Origin: Trueperaceae bacterium
GTDB lineage: Bacteria > Deinococcota > Deinococci > Deinococcales > Trueperaceae
Direction: 5' to 3'
Assembly: GCA_034520945.1 (NCBI GenBank)
Contig: JAXHNB010000005.1
Location: 416,001-480,000, forward strand
DNA length: 64,000 nucleotides
Made by a program: the position numbers and the translations under genes. Shown one piece after another: positions 1 to 9,874 of the stretch. The notes under the pieces are model-generated. The model did no database searches. It worked only from the letters and a program-made list of their open reading frames with translations, and had not been told where the DNA came from. The number at the start of each line of letters is the position of its first letter. The first letter of the stretch is position 1.

Positions 1-2
1 GC

Positions 3-611
3 GTGGACGGGCTCTCCTCCGGGGTGGCCGCCATCGGCAGCCTGAGCTTGCTCGCGGTGGCGCTCCAGGTGCCGGACCGCGGGCCGTCGGTGCTGCTGCT
101 GGCCGCGGTGGCCGGCGCCGCCGTGGCGTTCTTGCGGCACAATGCCGGTCCGGCCACGATCTTCATGGGCGACGCCGGCGCCTACCTGCTCGGATACGTG
201 CTGGCCGCGACCAGCGTGTTGGGGGCGCTCAAGGTGACGGCGGCCGTGACCGTCGCCGCCCCGCTGCTGATTCTGGCGCTGCCCGTGCTGAACATCACGC
301 AGGTGACGGTCCGTCGCATGCGGCGTGGCGTCAGCCCGGCCGAGGCGGGGAACGACCATCTGCACGACCTGCTGCGGCAGCGCGGCCGCAGCGAACGCGG
401 CACGGTGCTCACCTTGTGGGGCGCCACCCTGGTGCTGGGGGTGCTGGGCATGTCGTTGGCCAATACGCCGCCAGTGGCCCTGGTGCTCACGGTGGTGCTG
501 GCCGTGGCGCTGATCGGGGGCGCCAGCGCCCTGCGCTGGGCGGAGGTCCGGGCGGAGGAGCGCCGGGCGTACGCGCCGGCGGGCGCGAAGGCGGACCGCC
601 GCACGCGGTGA
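3..611 (+). CDS. WecA/TagO-like undecaprenyl-phosphate GlcNAc-1-phosphate transferase (MraY family), 5' partial
   Basis: DGL, IFMGDAG and DHLH motifs; multiple hydrophobic helices; runs off the window start; upstream of wecB. Confidence 0.88.
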   Translation: MDGLSSGVAAIGSLSLLAVALQVPDRGPSVLLLAAVAGAAVAFLRHNAGPATIFMGDAGAYLLGYVLAATSVLGALKVTAAVTVAAPLLILALPVLNITQVTVRRMRRGVSPAEAGNDHLHDLLRQRGRSERGTVLTLWGATLVLGVLGMSLANTPPVALVLTVVLAVALIGGASALRWAEVRAEERRAYAPAGAKADRRTR

Positions 612-1753
612 GTCGGCCCGCCCGGGTCGCGGTCGCCTTCGGCACGCGGCCCGAGGCGTCCAAGATGGCGCCGGTCGTGCAGGCGCTGGAGGCGCACGGC
701 GAGTTGGCGCCGTGGATCTTGCTCACCGGGCAGCATCGCGACCAGCTCGACGCCATGATGCAGCTGTTCGGCCTTCGTGCCGACGCCGACCTGGACGTCA
801 TGGTCGAGGGTCAGACGTTGCCGGGCCTGCTGGCCAAGATCGTGCCGGCCGCGGCCGAGGCGTTGCGGCGGGCCGAGCCGGCCTACTGCTTGGTGCACGG
901 CGATACCCTGACCAGCTTCGCCGTCGCGTTGGCCGCCTTCTACGAGGAGATCCCGGTGGGGCACGTGGAGGCGGGCCTCCGCAGCTTCGACCTGCGGCAA
1001 CCGTTCCCCGAAGAGGCCAACCGGCGCCTGACCGACACGTTGACGGACGTAGCGTTGGCCCCCACGGCGGGGGCGCGCGCCAACCTGCTGCGCGAGGGCG
1101 TCTGCGAGGAGCGCATCGTGGTCACCGGCAATACCGCCGTCGACGCCGTGAGGCAGGTCGCGGCCCGCGCCGCGCCCCCCGCCGTGGCGCCGGCCGCGGA
1201 GCCGCGGGTGGTGATCACGCTGCACCGCCGCGAGAACCTTCCCGTTCTGCGCGGCCTGGCCGAGGCGCTGGCGCACGTGGCGCGGGCGTTCCCGGACCAC
1301 GCCTTCGTGTACCCGGTGCACCCCAACCCCGCTGTGCGCCGCGCGGTCCAGCCGCCGCTGGCAGGGGTGCCCAACGTGCACCTCACCGAACCGCAGGGGT
1401 ACGGGGCCATGGTGGCGCTGCTGGCCACCGCGCGGCTGATCGTGACCGACTCCGGGGGGCTGCAGGAGGAGGGGGCGGCCCTCCGCGTGCCCGTCGCGGT
1501 GGTGCGCAACGTGACGGAGCGCCCGGAGGGGGTCGAGGCGGGCGCGCTCGTCTTGATCGGCAACGATCCCGACACGGTGGGCGAGCGCCTGACGCGGCTG
1601 CTGGCCGACGAGGCCGCGTTGCGCGTGATGCGCGCCGCGCGCAACCCGTACGGCGACGGCCACGCCGGGCCGCGCGTCGCCGCCGCCGTGGCGTGGCGGT
1701 TGGGGCTGGGACCCCGCCCCGATCCATGGCGGGACGACCCGGGGGGCGCCTGA
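608..1753 (+). CDS. wecB: UDP-N-acetylglucosamine 2-epimerase (non-hydrolysing)
   Basis: [35 protein letters not shown] and TDSGGLQEE motifs; GTGA overlap with the upstream stop. Confidence 0.95.
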   Translation: MSRPARVAVAFGTRPEASKMAPVVQALEAHGELAPWILLTGQHRDQLDAMMQLFGLRADADLDVMVEGQTLPGLLAKIVPAAAEALRRAEPAYCLVHGDTLTSFAVALAAFYEEIPVGHVEAGLRSFDLRQPFPEEANRRLTDTLTDVALAPTAGARANLLREGVCEERIVVTGNTAVDAVRQVAARAAPPAVAPAAEPRVVITLHRRENLPVLRGLAEALAHVARAFPDHAFVYPVHPNPAVRRAVQPPLAGVPNVHLTEPQGYGAMVALLATARLIVTDSGGLQEEGAALRVPVAVVRNVTERPEGVEAGALVLIGNDPDTVGERLTRLLADEAALRVMRAARNPYGDGHAGPRVAAAVAWRLGLGPRPDPWRDDPGGA

Positions 1754-1808
1754 GGGCAGCGCATCCCGCGCGCCGGCGGGCGCGGGGCCGGTGATAGCAT
1801 CCTTGGAC

Positions 1809-3050
1809 GTGAACGGTGCGCCCATCCACACGCTTCTGGCCCGTAGGCCGCTCCCCGGTTCGGTGCGCGAGGGCGGGGGGTACGCGCTGCGCTGGTCCGG
1901 AACGGCGGTGATGGGGGTCCTGAACCTGACGCCGGACAGCTTCAGCGACGGCGGCCGCTACCCGGACGTGGCTGCGGCGTTGCGGGCGGCCGAGGCGATG
2001 ATCCAGGCGGGCGCGCGGTTCGTGGACGTGGGGGGCGAATCGACGCGCCCCGGAGCGCAGCCGGTGCCCCCCGACGAGGAACGACGTCGCATCCTGCCGG
2101 TCGTCGAGGCGCTCGCCTCGGAGGGGCGGGCGGTGGTGTCGGTCGACAGCCGGCACGCCGAGGTGGCCCGCGACGCGCTGGCGGCCGGCGCTCATATCGT
2201 GAACGACGTGACCGGCCTGCGCGACCCCGCGCTTCGGGCCGCCTGCGCCGAGGCGGGCGCGCCCGCCATCGCGATGCACATGCAGGGCGAGCCCGGCACC
2301 ATGCAGGCAGACCCCCGCTACGAGGACGTGGTCGCGGAGGTCGAGGGCTTCCTCGCCCGTCAGGCGGAACGGGCCGAGGCGGACGGGGTGCCGTCGGTGA
2401 TGGTGGATCCCGGCATCGGCTTCGGCAAGACCTCGGCGCACAACCTGGCGCTGCTGCGGGCCGTGCCGCGCTTGGCGGCCGCCGGGCGTCCGCTGATGAT
2501 CGGGGCCTCCCGCAAGCGCCTGGTCGGGGAGCTGACCGGGGAGCGCGACGCGGCCCAGCGGGACGCGGGGAGCGTGGCCATCCACCTGGACGCCGCGCGC
2601 CGTGGCGCGGCGGTGGTGCGGGTGCACGACGTGCGGAGTCACGTGCAGGCGCTGGCGGTGCAGGCCGGGCTGACGGCCGGGGCGGGGCCCGGGGCGCAGG
2701 ACGACCGCATCGTGATGGAGGGGATGGAGTTTCACGGCTACCACGGGGCGTTCCCGGAGGAGCGACGCTTCGGCGCGCGGTTCGTGGTCGACGTCGAGAT
2801 GCGCTGCGCGCTGCCGGACGACGACGTGCTGGCGCGGACGGTCGACTACGCGCGCATGTACGCCCTGGTCGAGCGCGAGGTCACCCGGCGGCGCTACCGC
2901 CTGATCGAGGCGCTGGCGGCGCGCATCGCCGAGCGCGTGCTCATCTCCGACCCGCGCGTGCGCGAAGCGACCGTCCGGGTCCACAAGCCGCACGCGCCCC
3001 TGCCGGGGGTGGTGCGCGACGTGCGGGTCGAGGTGGTCCGGCGTCGCTGA
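1809..3050 (+). CDS. folP: Dihydropteroate synthase fused to a C-terminal dihydroneopterin aldolase (FolP-FolB)
   Basis: DHPS motifs GVLNLTPDSFSDGG, GGESTRPG, DPGIGFGK and SRK, then FolB motifs FHGYHG, VDY, LIE and HKPHAP in one frame; TAGCAT box at 1795-1800. Confidence 0.92.
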   Translation: MNGAPIHTLLARRPLPGSVREGGGYALRWSGTAVMGVLNLTPDSFSDGGRYPDVAAALRAAEAMIQAGARFVDVGGESTRPGAQPVPPDEERRRILPVVEALASEGRAVVSVDSRHAEVARDALAAGAHIVNDVTGLRDPALRAACAEAGAPAIAMHMQGEPGTMQADPRYEDVVAEVEGFLARQAERAEADGVPSVMVDPGIGFGKTSAHNLALLRAVPRLAAAGRPLMIGASRKRLVGELTGERDAAQRDAGSVAIHLDAARRGAAVVRVHDVRSHVQALAVQAGLTAGAGPGAQDDRIVMEGMEFHGYHGAFPEERRFGARFVVDVEMRCALPDDDVLARTVDYARMYALVEREVTRRRYRLIEALAARIAERVLISDPRVREATVRVHKPHAPLPGVVRDVRVEVVRRR

Positions 3051-3069
3051 GGACGAGGCGCTCATCGCG

Positions 3070-3555
3070 TTGGGGGCCAACCTCGGCGATCCCGCCGTCA
3101 CGCTGCGCCGCGCGGCGGGCGAGCTAAGCGCGTTCGGCACCGTGACGCGTCGTTCCCGCCTGTGGCGCACCGACCCCGTCGGCGGGCCGCCCGGGCAGCC
3201 CGACTACCTGAACGCGGTGATCGCGCTGCGTCCGGCCGCCCCGTACGCGGACGTCACGACCCTGTTGGAGGCGTTTCACGGCGTGGAGGCCCGCCATGGG
3301 CGCGTGCGCCGTGAACGGTGGGCGCCGCGCACGCTGGACCTCGACCTGTTGGCCTACGGTTCGCTGGTTCGGGACGCGCCCGACCCGGTGGTGCCCCATC
3401 CGCGCATGATGACGCGGGCGTTCGTGCTGGTGCCCCTCCTGGAGGTCGACCCGGAGTGGCGGCACCCCCGCACGGGCGTCGCCGCGGCGGACGCGTTGGC
3501 GGCGTTGGACCGAAGCGGCCTGCGGCCGGCGGACGTGTCGTGGGTGCCGCGGTAG
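3070..3555 (+). CDS. folK: 2-amino-4-hydroxy-6-hydroxymethyldihydropteridine diphosphokinase (true start uncertain; homology extends back to about 3043)
   Basis: LGANLGD, QPDYLNAV, RWAPRTLDLDLL and PHPRM..RAFVLVPL motifs. Confidence 0.93.
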   Translation: MGANLGDPAVTLRRAAGELSAFGTVTRRSRLWRTDPVGGPPGQPDYLNAVIALRPAAPYADVTTLLEAFHGVEARHGRVRRERWAPRTLDLDLLAYGSLVRDAPDPVVPHPRMMTRAFVLVPLLEVDPEWRHPRTGVAAADALAALDRSGLRPADVSWVPR

Positions 3556-3565
3556 ACTCGCGCCC

Positions 3566-4279
3566 GTGCGCGTCTTCGCCATCGCCGACCCCCACCTGTC
3601 CCGCCGCGACGCGAAGCCGATGGACGTGTTCGGCCCCGGCTGGGCGGGACACCCTGAGGCGTTCTTCGCAGGGTGGCGCCGAACGGTCGGGGCGGGCGAC
3701 CTGGTGCTGGTGCCGGGCGACATCTCCTGGGCCATGCGGCTGTCCGACGCCCTGCCGGACCTTCGCGAGATCGCCGAGCTTCCCGGCCGCAAGGTGCTGC
3801 TGCGCGGCAACCACGACTACTGGTGGCCGGGGATCGGCAAGCTCCGTGCCGCGCTGCCGGAGGGGATGTACGCGATTCAGAACGACGCCCTACGCCTGGG
3901 CGACGTGGTGGTGGCCGGGACGCGCGGTTGGGCCTGTCCCGGCAGCTACGAGTTCGGGGCGCACGACGATCGCGTCTACCGGCGCGAATTGGAGCGGCTG
4001 GACCTGTCGCTGGCGCACGCGGCCCGCCTGCGCCGGCCGGGGGACGCGGTGGTGGTGATGCTGCACTTTCCGCCGACGAACCCGCGCCTCGAGGCGTCCG
4101 GGTTCACGGAGCGCATCGAGGCGTTCGCGCCCGATGCGCTGGTGTTCGGTCACGTCCACGGCGGCCGCGAACAGGTGATCCGGCACCTGCCGCACACCGA
4201 CGTGCATTTCGTGGCGGCCGATCACCTGGCGTTCGAGCCTGCGTGCGTGTTCACGGGCCGGATGGCCCCAGCGGCCTGA
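3566..4279 (+). CDS. Calcineurin-like metallophosphoesterase
   Basis: IADPH, PGDISW, GNHD, LHFPP and GHVH motifs; TAGACT 7 nt before the GTG. Confidence 0.9.
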   Translation: MRVFAIADPHLSRRDAKPMDVFGPGWAGHPEAFFAGWRRTVGAGDLVLVPGDISWAMRLSDALPDLREIAELPGRKVLLRGNHDYWWPGIGKLRAALPEGMYAIQNDALRLGDVVVAGTRGWACPGSYEFGAHDDRVYRRELERLDLSLAHAARLRRPGDAVVVMLHFPPTNPRLEASGFTERIEAFAPDALVFGHVHGGREQVIRHLPHTDVHFVAADHLAFEPACVFTGRMAPAA

Positions 4280-4631
4280 GCGTGTCGTCGCCCGTCAGGC
4301 GCGCGTAATGGGTGATGGCGTCTTCGCCGCGTTCCCAGACGAGGTTGACGACCTCGCCGTCGATCCGGCTGGGGAACAGCGCCACCCCCGCCTCGAGGTC
4401 CTCTACCTGCACGCCTAGGCGGGCCAGCGCCTCCGCTGTCTCGCGGGCCTCTTGCGTGAGGAAGGCGGCCTCCTGGCGGGCGTTCAGAGCTTCGGGATCG
4501 TGGGCCCCCGTCTTGGCCAGCCGACGCTTGGCATCGTTCATGTCCGACATCGTGCGTTGCAGCGCCGCGATGTGCGCGTCTACGACGGGGATCATCTGTT
4601 GTGCGCGTTCGAGTGAGAACAGCTTGTACAC
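4251..4631 (-). CDS. DUF2203-like protein
   Basis: FSLERA..IP N-terminus, coiled coil, GV..EDLE.G..LFP and LVWERGE pattern; GGGAGG SD. Confidence 0.75.
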   Translation of the reverse strand: MYKLFSLERAQQMIPVVDAHIAALQRTMSDMNDAKRRLAKTGAHDPEALNARQEAAFLTQEARETAEALARLGVQVEDLEAGVALFPSRIDGEVVNLVWERGEDAITHYARLTGDDTLRPLGPSGP

Positions 4632-4854
4632 GTTCTCGACCTCCCTCTGTTCAAGGACATCATAGGCCCTTCGCCGGCGTCGCGCCGTGAGGCATGCTAC
4701 GAAAATCTGAGCCGTGCAGGCTCAGGTAGGACGCGGTCGGCGTGGGCCGTCCGCGCGGTCGCTGCCGCGGAGCGCGCGATTGGTAGACTTCCCGCGCCCC
4801 CGCACGTTCCCCGGGGCGTCCCGGGCCCGTCGCCGGGGCTGGAAAGGATCGTTG

Positions 4855-6042
4855 GTGCCCGACGCTGCCCCCGCCTCCGCCGAACCCGTGCTGGTCCTCA
4901 ACGCCGGCAGCTCCAGCCTCAAGGCGCGCCTCTCCCCGGCCGGCGTGGCCGTCGGGATCGAACGCATCGGCGAGGATGCGCCGAGCCCCGTCACGGTGGG
5001 CGGCCGCCGCGAGGGCGAGCGCCGCGTGCCCGATGTGGCCACCGCCATTCAGGTCGTGCTCGATGCGCTGGGCGCGCGCTCCGACACCCCGCGCATCGAG
5101 CTGGTGGGCCACCGCGTCGTGCACGGCGGCGAGCGCCACCGCGCCCCGTTGCGCATCAGCGACCGCGCGTTGCAGGACCTGGAGGCGTTGGCGCCGTTGG
5201 CGCCGCTCCACCTTCCCGGCAACCTTGCCGGCATTCGGGCCGCCCGCACCGCCCTGCCGGACGCCATCCAGGTGGCGGTGTTCGATACTGCGTTCCACGC
5301 CGGCCTGCCGCGCCGGGCCTACCTGTACGGCCTGCCGATGCGGCTGTACCGCGAGGAGGGCGTACGTCGCTACGGCTTCCACGGCCCCAGTCACGACGTG
5401 GTGTCGACCCGCATCGCCGAGCGGCTGGGCCGTTCCCGCGGGGAGCTGCGCATCGTGACGCTGCACCTGGGCAACGGCGCCAGTGCGGCGGCGGTGCAAT
5501 TCGGACGCAGCGTGGACACGACCATGGGCTTCACGCCGCTGGAAGGCCTGATGATGGGCACGCGCCCCGGCGACGTCGACCCAGGCATCCTGATGCACCT
5601 CCTGCGCCAAGGGTGGACGGCGGAGGCGCTGGACCGGACCTTGAACCGGTCGTCGGGACTCCTCGGCCTCTCTGGCGTCTCCAACGACCTTCGCGACGTC
5701 TGGGCGGCGGCGGATGGGGGCGACGAGGACGCCGCCGCGGCGCTGGAGGTCTACGCCTACCGCATCCGCAAGACGATCGGCGCCTACGCCGCCGCCATGG
5801 GCGGGCTGGACGCGGTGGCCTTCACCGGCGGCGTCGGCGAGAACGATGCCCGCATGCGCGCCGCGGCCACCGAGGAGCTGGACTTCCTCGGGCTGCGCCT
5901 GGACCCGGACGCCAACGCCGCCCATGGCCCTCGCATCGGGGCGCAGGGCGCGCGCGTGGCGTGCTGGGTGATCCCGACCGACGAAGAGGGGCGCATCGCC
6001 GAGCTGGTGCGGGCTGCGGCCCGCGGGGAGGACGGCGCATGA
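4855..6042 (+). CDS. ackA: Acetate kinase
   Basis: VLNAGSSSLK, GHRVVHGG, FDTAFH, YGFHG, HLGNGAS, MGFTPLEG, FTGGVGEN and PTDEE motifs. Confidence 0.96.
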   Translation: MPDAAPASAEPVLVLNAGSSSLKARLSPAGVAVGIERIGEDAPSPVTVGGRREGERRVPDVATAIQVVLDALGARSDTPRIELVGHRVVHGGERHRAPLRISDRALQDLEALAPLAPLHLPGNLAGIRAARTALPDAIQVAVFDTAFHAGLPRRAYLYGLPMRLYREEGVRRYGFHGPSHDVVSTRIAERLGRSRGELRIVTLHLGNGASAAAVQFGRSVDTTMGFTPLEGLMMGTRPGDVDPGILMHLLRQGWTAEALDRTLNRSSGLLGLSGVSNDLRDVWAAADGGDEDAAAALEVYAYRIRKTIGAYAAAMGGLDAVAFTGGVGENDARMRAAATEELDFLGLRLDPDANAAHGPRIGAQGARVACWVIPTDEEGRIAELVRAAARGEDGA

Positions 6043-6926
6043 CCACGCTGGGCTTGGACCTCGGAGGCACGAAGATCGCGGCGGCGGTGGTGCGGGACGG
6101 CAGGATCCTGGCGGACCGCCGGGCCCCCACGCCCCAAACCGGTTTCGATGCGGTGATCGCGCGCATGGCGGAGCTCGCTCACGAGCTTCTGCAGGTCCAT
6201 CCCGAGGTGCGCGTCGTCGGGATCGGATCGCCGGGCCCGCTGGACTTCGCGCGGCGGCGCGTCGTGTTCGCGCCGAACATCCCCGGCATGGAGGACGTGC
6301 CGATCGTCGACGCGCTCGAGGAACGGATCCCGTTGCCGGTGGTGCTCGAGAACGACGCCAACGCGGCGGGGTACGCCGAGCACCGCTACGGCGCGGCGCG
6401 CGACCTGGATTCGAGCGTATACGTCACGCTGTCGACCGGCATCGGCGGGGGGTTGTTCCTGGGCGATCGGGTGATTCGCGGCGCGCACGGGGTGGCCGGC
6501 GAGATCGGGCACATGACGCTCCTGCCCGGCGGGCCGTTGGGCGGGGACGGCAGCCTGGGCAGTTGGGAGGCGATCGCCGCGGGCAGGGCGATCGCCCGTG
6601 ATGCCAGCTACGCCTACGGCGTCGACATGCGGACCGAGGAGGTCTTTGGTCGCGCCCAACAGAACGAGTCCAAGGCGCTGCGGATCGTGGACAACGCCAC
6701 CCGCTTCACGGGGATCGGACTGGCGAATCTGGTCAAGGTGTTCGACCCCGATGCCTTCGTGGTGGGGGGCGGCATGGCCAGCGCCGGCGCGTTCTACATG
6801 GACCGTGTGCGGGCGGCCGCCAGGGAGCATCTGGAGGGCTGGCCCGAGCCTGCTCTGCTGCCGGCCGAACTCGGCACCGACGCCGGCGTGATCGGCGCGG
6901 CCGCCGTGGCGGAACGGGAGGGATGA
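6039..6926 (+). CDS. ROK-family sugar kinase (glucokinase-like)
   Basis: GLDLGGTK, ENDANAA, STGIGGG and GEIGH motifs; ATGA overlap with ackA. Confidence 0.92.
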   Translation: MTTLGLDLGGTKIAAAVVRDGRILADRRAPTPQTGFDAVIARMAELAHELLQVHPEVRVVGIGSPGPLDFARRRVVFAPNIPGMEDVPIVDALEERIPLPVVLENDANAAGYAEHRYGAARDLDSSVYVTLSTGIGGGLFLGDRVIRGAHGVAGEIGHMTLLPGGPLGGDGSLGSWEAIAAGRAIARDASYAYGVDMRTEEVFGRAQQNESKALRIVDNATRFTGIGLANLVKVFDPDAFVVGGGMASAGAFYMDRVRAAAREHLEGWPEPALLPAELGTDAGVIGAAAVAEREG

Positions 6927-6932
6927 GCCGCG

Positions 6933-7457
6933 GTGGAGGTGTTCCTCTCCGCGCTGGTGATCTTCCTGCTCCGCATCGCGGACGTGGCGATCGGGACGGT
7001 GCGGATCGCCTTCCTGTCGCGGGAGCGACCGTTGGTGGCCGGCGCCCTCGGGTTCGTGGAGATCATGGTGTGGCTCGCGGCGGCGGCGCAGGTCCTGACC
7101 AACCTCGACAACATGGTCCAGTTCGTCGCCTACGCCGGCGGCTTCGCCACCGGCACGGTGCTGGGGATGTACATCGACCGTTGGATCGCCGTGGGGGACG
7201 TCATGATGCGCATCGTCGCGCCGGTCGCCAGCCCCTCGACGGCGGGGGCGCTTCGCCGCGCGGGCTACATCGTCACCGAGATGAACGCCGAGGGGCGGGA
7301 CGGGCAGGTGCGCGTCACCTTCTCGGTGCTGCCCCGGCGTCGCAAGCGAGAGGCGCTGAAGCTGGTGCACGGCACCAATCCGCAGGCGTTCGTGTCGTTC
7401 GAAAGCACGACCCCGGTTCGGCTCACCCGCCAGGCGGCGGCGCGACCCCGGAAGTGA
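6933..7457 (+). CDS. DUF2179/DUF5698 family membrane protein
   Basis: RIADV.IGTVR, GFVE, YAGGFATGT and AEGRDG pattern; three hydrophobic helices. Confidence 0.82.
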   Translation: MEVFLSALVIFLLRIADVAIGTVRIAFLSRERPLVAGALGFVEIMVWLAAAAQVLTNLDNMVQFVAYAGGFATGTVLGMYIDRWIAVGDVMMRIVAPVASPSTAGALRRAGYIVTEMNAEGRDGQVRVTFSVLPRRRKREALKLVHGTNPQAFVSFESTTPVRLTRQAAARPRK

Positions 7458-7490
7458 CCTGGGGCGGTCCAATCGGTGCGCGGCCGACGC

Positions 7491-8183
7491 TCACTTCGCG
7501 GGCCGGTAGGGACGCTCGTAGTACGCCTCCAGGCGGTTCACGCCCAGCGAGGCCATGTTGCTGAGCACCAGGTACACCATGGCGATGCCGATGTAGATCG
7601 GGAACGGCCGAAAGGTGCGCGACACCACGTTGTCGGCCTCGAACAACAAATCCTGCACGCTGATGACGGTGACCAGCGTCGAGTCCTTGATCAACGAGAT
7701 GAACTGGTTGCCGAGCGCGGGCACCGCCAAGCGGATCGCCTGCGGCAGCTGCACGAAGCGGAAGCTGTGGAACCGGTTCAGGCCCAGTACCTGGGCCGCC
7801 TCGAGCTGGCCCTTGGGGACCGCCTGGAAGGCGCCGCGGATGATCTCGGAGAAGTAGGCGCCGGCGTACAGGCTCATCCCGGTCGTGCCCGCCTGAAACG
7901 CGCTGTCCCACTGGAAGAACGGCAGCGTGGGCAGGCCGAACCAGAGGATGAACAGCTGCACCAGCAGCGGCGTGCCGCGGAAGAACTCGACGTACGCGAC
8001 CGAGACGATGCGCAACGGCAGGATCCCCGACATGCGGCCGAGCGCCGCCAGCAGGCCGAGGATCAGGCCGAACAGGCCCGCCAGCAGCGTGACGGCGGCC
8101 GTGACCTGCGTGCCGTCCCAGAGGTTCCCGAACACGGTCGGCGTGAACACGTTGGCGAAGAGGTCCTGAAAATACGCGATCAT
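7491..8183 (-). CDS. Polar amino acid ABC transporter permease
   Basis: YVEFFRGTPLLVQL, SEIIRG..Q.EAA..LG and LIKDS motifs. Confidence 0.95.
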   Translation of the reverse strand: MIAYFQDLFANVFTPTVFGNLWDGTQVTAAVTLLAGLFGLILGLLAALGRMSGILPLRIVSVAYVEFFRGTPLLVQLFILWFGLPTLPFFQWDSAFQAGTTGMSLYAGAYFSEIIRGAFQAVPKGQLEAAQVLGLNRFHSFRFVQLPQAIRLAVPALGNQFISLIKDSTLVTVISVQDLLFEADNVVSRTFRPFPIYIGIAMVYLVLSNMASLGVNRLEAYYERPYRPAK

Positions 8184-8200
8184 GCTCGTCTCCTACGCAG

Positions 8201-8229
8201 GCGCGGCCGGCTCTGGCAGCCGGCCGCGC
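8201..8229. other. Intercistronic GC-rich hairpin (12-bp stem, 5-nt loop)
   Basis: gcgcggccggct-ctggc-agccggccgcgc between binding-protein and permease genes; no U tract. Confidence 0.7.
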
Positions 8230-8253
8230 AAGGGTGTCACGTGGGTGTGAAGC

Positions 8254-9054
8254 TTACTCGCTGGGCGGGGTGACGATGTCGCCGCCGACCCATTCCTCGC
8301 TGATCTCGAGCAGCGTGCCGTTCTCGCGAAGCGTGTTCAGGGCTTCCTCGAGCACGGCCTTCAACTCGTCACTGCCGCTGGCCACCGTGATCCAGGCGTT
8401 CTCCTCGAACACCAGGCCGCTGACCGGCTTCATGTCCATGCCGCTGGAGCGGAACGCCTGGTTGCCGACGATGGGGTTGGTGAAGATGGCCTGGGCCTGC
8501 CCGGCCCGGATCGCCTGCAGCGAGGTGGGCACGCCCGAGTAGGTCGCCACGCTGTCGCCGTAGCCGTTGTCCTCCAGCCACTGCTGGTTGGTGCCGCCGC
8601 GGTCGACCGCGATGGTGCCGCCCGCGTCGAGGATCTCTTCCCAGTCGTCGTACTCGCTGTCGGCGGGCGCGAAGAACTGACCGCCGCCGTAGTAGTACGG
8701 TTCACTGAGGAACGCCACGCTCTGCTCGCGTGCGGGGGTGCGGGCGTGCGAGGCGATGGAGGCGTCGAACCGGCCGGCCTGCACGCCGCCGATGATGCCG
8801 CTGAACTGCGCCTGCTCGATCTCGACCTCGACGCCGAGGACGTCACCGAGGGCCAGGGCCACGTCGGCGTCGAAGCCTTCCAGGCCCCCCTCTTCGGCGG
8901 GCATGGAGAACGGCGGGTACTCGCCCGACATGGCGACGGTGAACACGCCGTCCTCGAGCTGCGGGACGTCCGAGATGTCGATCTGGGCGAAGGCGGTGCC
9001 GGCCAGCACGGTGAGGCCGGCGATCATGGACACGATCGTGGTTCGAATCTTCAT
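8254..9054 (-). CDS. Polar amino acid ABC transporter substrate-binding protein (family 3), strongly acidic
   Basis: Signal peptide ending AFA-Q; YPPFS, GFDADVA, GRFD and PYY motifs; AAGGAG SD. Confidence 0.93.
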   Translation of the reverse strand: MKIRTTIVSMIAGLTVLAGTAFAQIDISDVPQLEDGVFTVAMSGEYPPFSMPAEEGGLEGFDADVALALGDVLGVEVEIEQAQFSGIIGGVQAGRFDASIASHARTPAREQSVAFLSEPYYYGGGQFFAPADSEYDDWEEILDAGGTIAVDRGGTNQQWLEDNGYGDSVATYSGVPTSLQAIRAGQAQAIFTNPIVGNQAFRSSGMDMKPVSGLVFEENAWITVASGSDELKAVLEEALNTLRENGTLLEISEEWVGGDIVTPPSE

Positions 9055-9211
9055 GCGAACTCCTTTGAAACGAAATGGAACGTGATGGGTTCGGCCCCGG
9101 CGGGGCGTCGTGCCACGTCCGGCTCGTTCCGGACGCGTAAGGCCCGAACGCGTCGCACGGTCCAGGAAATGGCCTGATCCATGTACGAGTCACGTTCGAA
9201 CGGTGCAAGCA

Positions 9212-9240
9212 TGCATACCACCCGAGAGCGCCGGAGTCAA
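9212..9240 (-). promoter_or_regulatory. Candidate sigma70-type promoter for the amino acid ABC genes
   Basis: Minus strand TTGACT-17 nt-TATGCA; the -10 is imperfect. Confidence 0.4.
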
Positions 9241-9399
9241 ACGATCGCCGTAGCGGCATCCGGGCCCAATGTCATACGCCCGTCGCCCGATGTGTCAGCG
9301 GGATTGCATTGCGATCGCCATTCGTATACTACGGTCGCATATGCAAGCGCCGCCTCCCCGGATCGGGGAAGGCCGAGCCGCACCCTACGAAGGGACCCC

Positions 9400-9873
9400 A
9401 TGACCACATCCACGCTGCCGTTCACCCTGACGAGCTACACGTTCGCCAGCGAAGGCGAACGTGAGAGCTTCCGCCGAGATCGACTCGACGCGGTCGCGTC
9501 ATTTCTGCACGCCCATCTCGACGCCTACGGCGACCCGCTCGAGCACATCCGTGCCTGCCTCGAGCGCGCCAGCGGCTCCAGGCCCACCGACGGGGGGACG
9601 GTGACCCTGGCCGAGCGCGACGGAGACATCGTCGGGGCGGTCGTCACCAACGACACCCACATGTCCGGCTATACCCCCGAGAACCTGCTGGTGTACGTCG
9701 CCACGCACGCGGACCACCGCGGGCTCGGCATCGGACGCGCCCTGATGGAGGGCGCCGCCGACGCCGTCGACGGTTCCATCGCATTGCACGTCGAACACGA
9801 CAACCCCGCCGCGGCGTTGTACCGCAAGCTCGGTTACACCAACAAGTACCTCGAAATGCGACTCCAACGCTGA
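9400..9873 (+). CDS. GNAT-family N-acetyltransferase
   Basis: Acetyl-CoA motif HRGLGIGRALM and NPA..LY.KLG; ends 1 nt before the racemase ATG. Confidence 0.92.
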   Translation: MTTSTLPFTLTSYTFASEGERESFRRDRLDAVASFLHAHLDAYGDPLEHIRACLERASGSRPTDGGTVTLAERDGDIVGAVVTNDTHMSGYTPENLLVYVATHADHRGLGIGRALMEGAADAVDGSIALHVEHDNPAAALYRKLGYTNKYLEMRLQR

Positions 9874-9874
9874 T

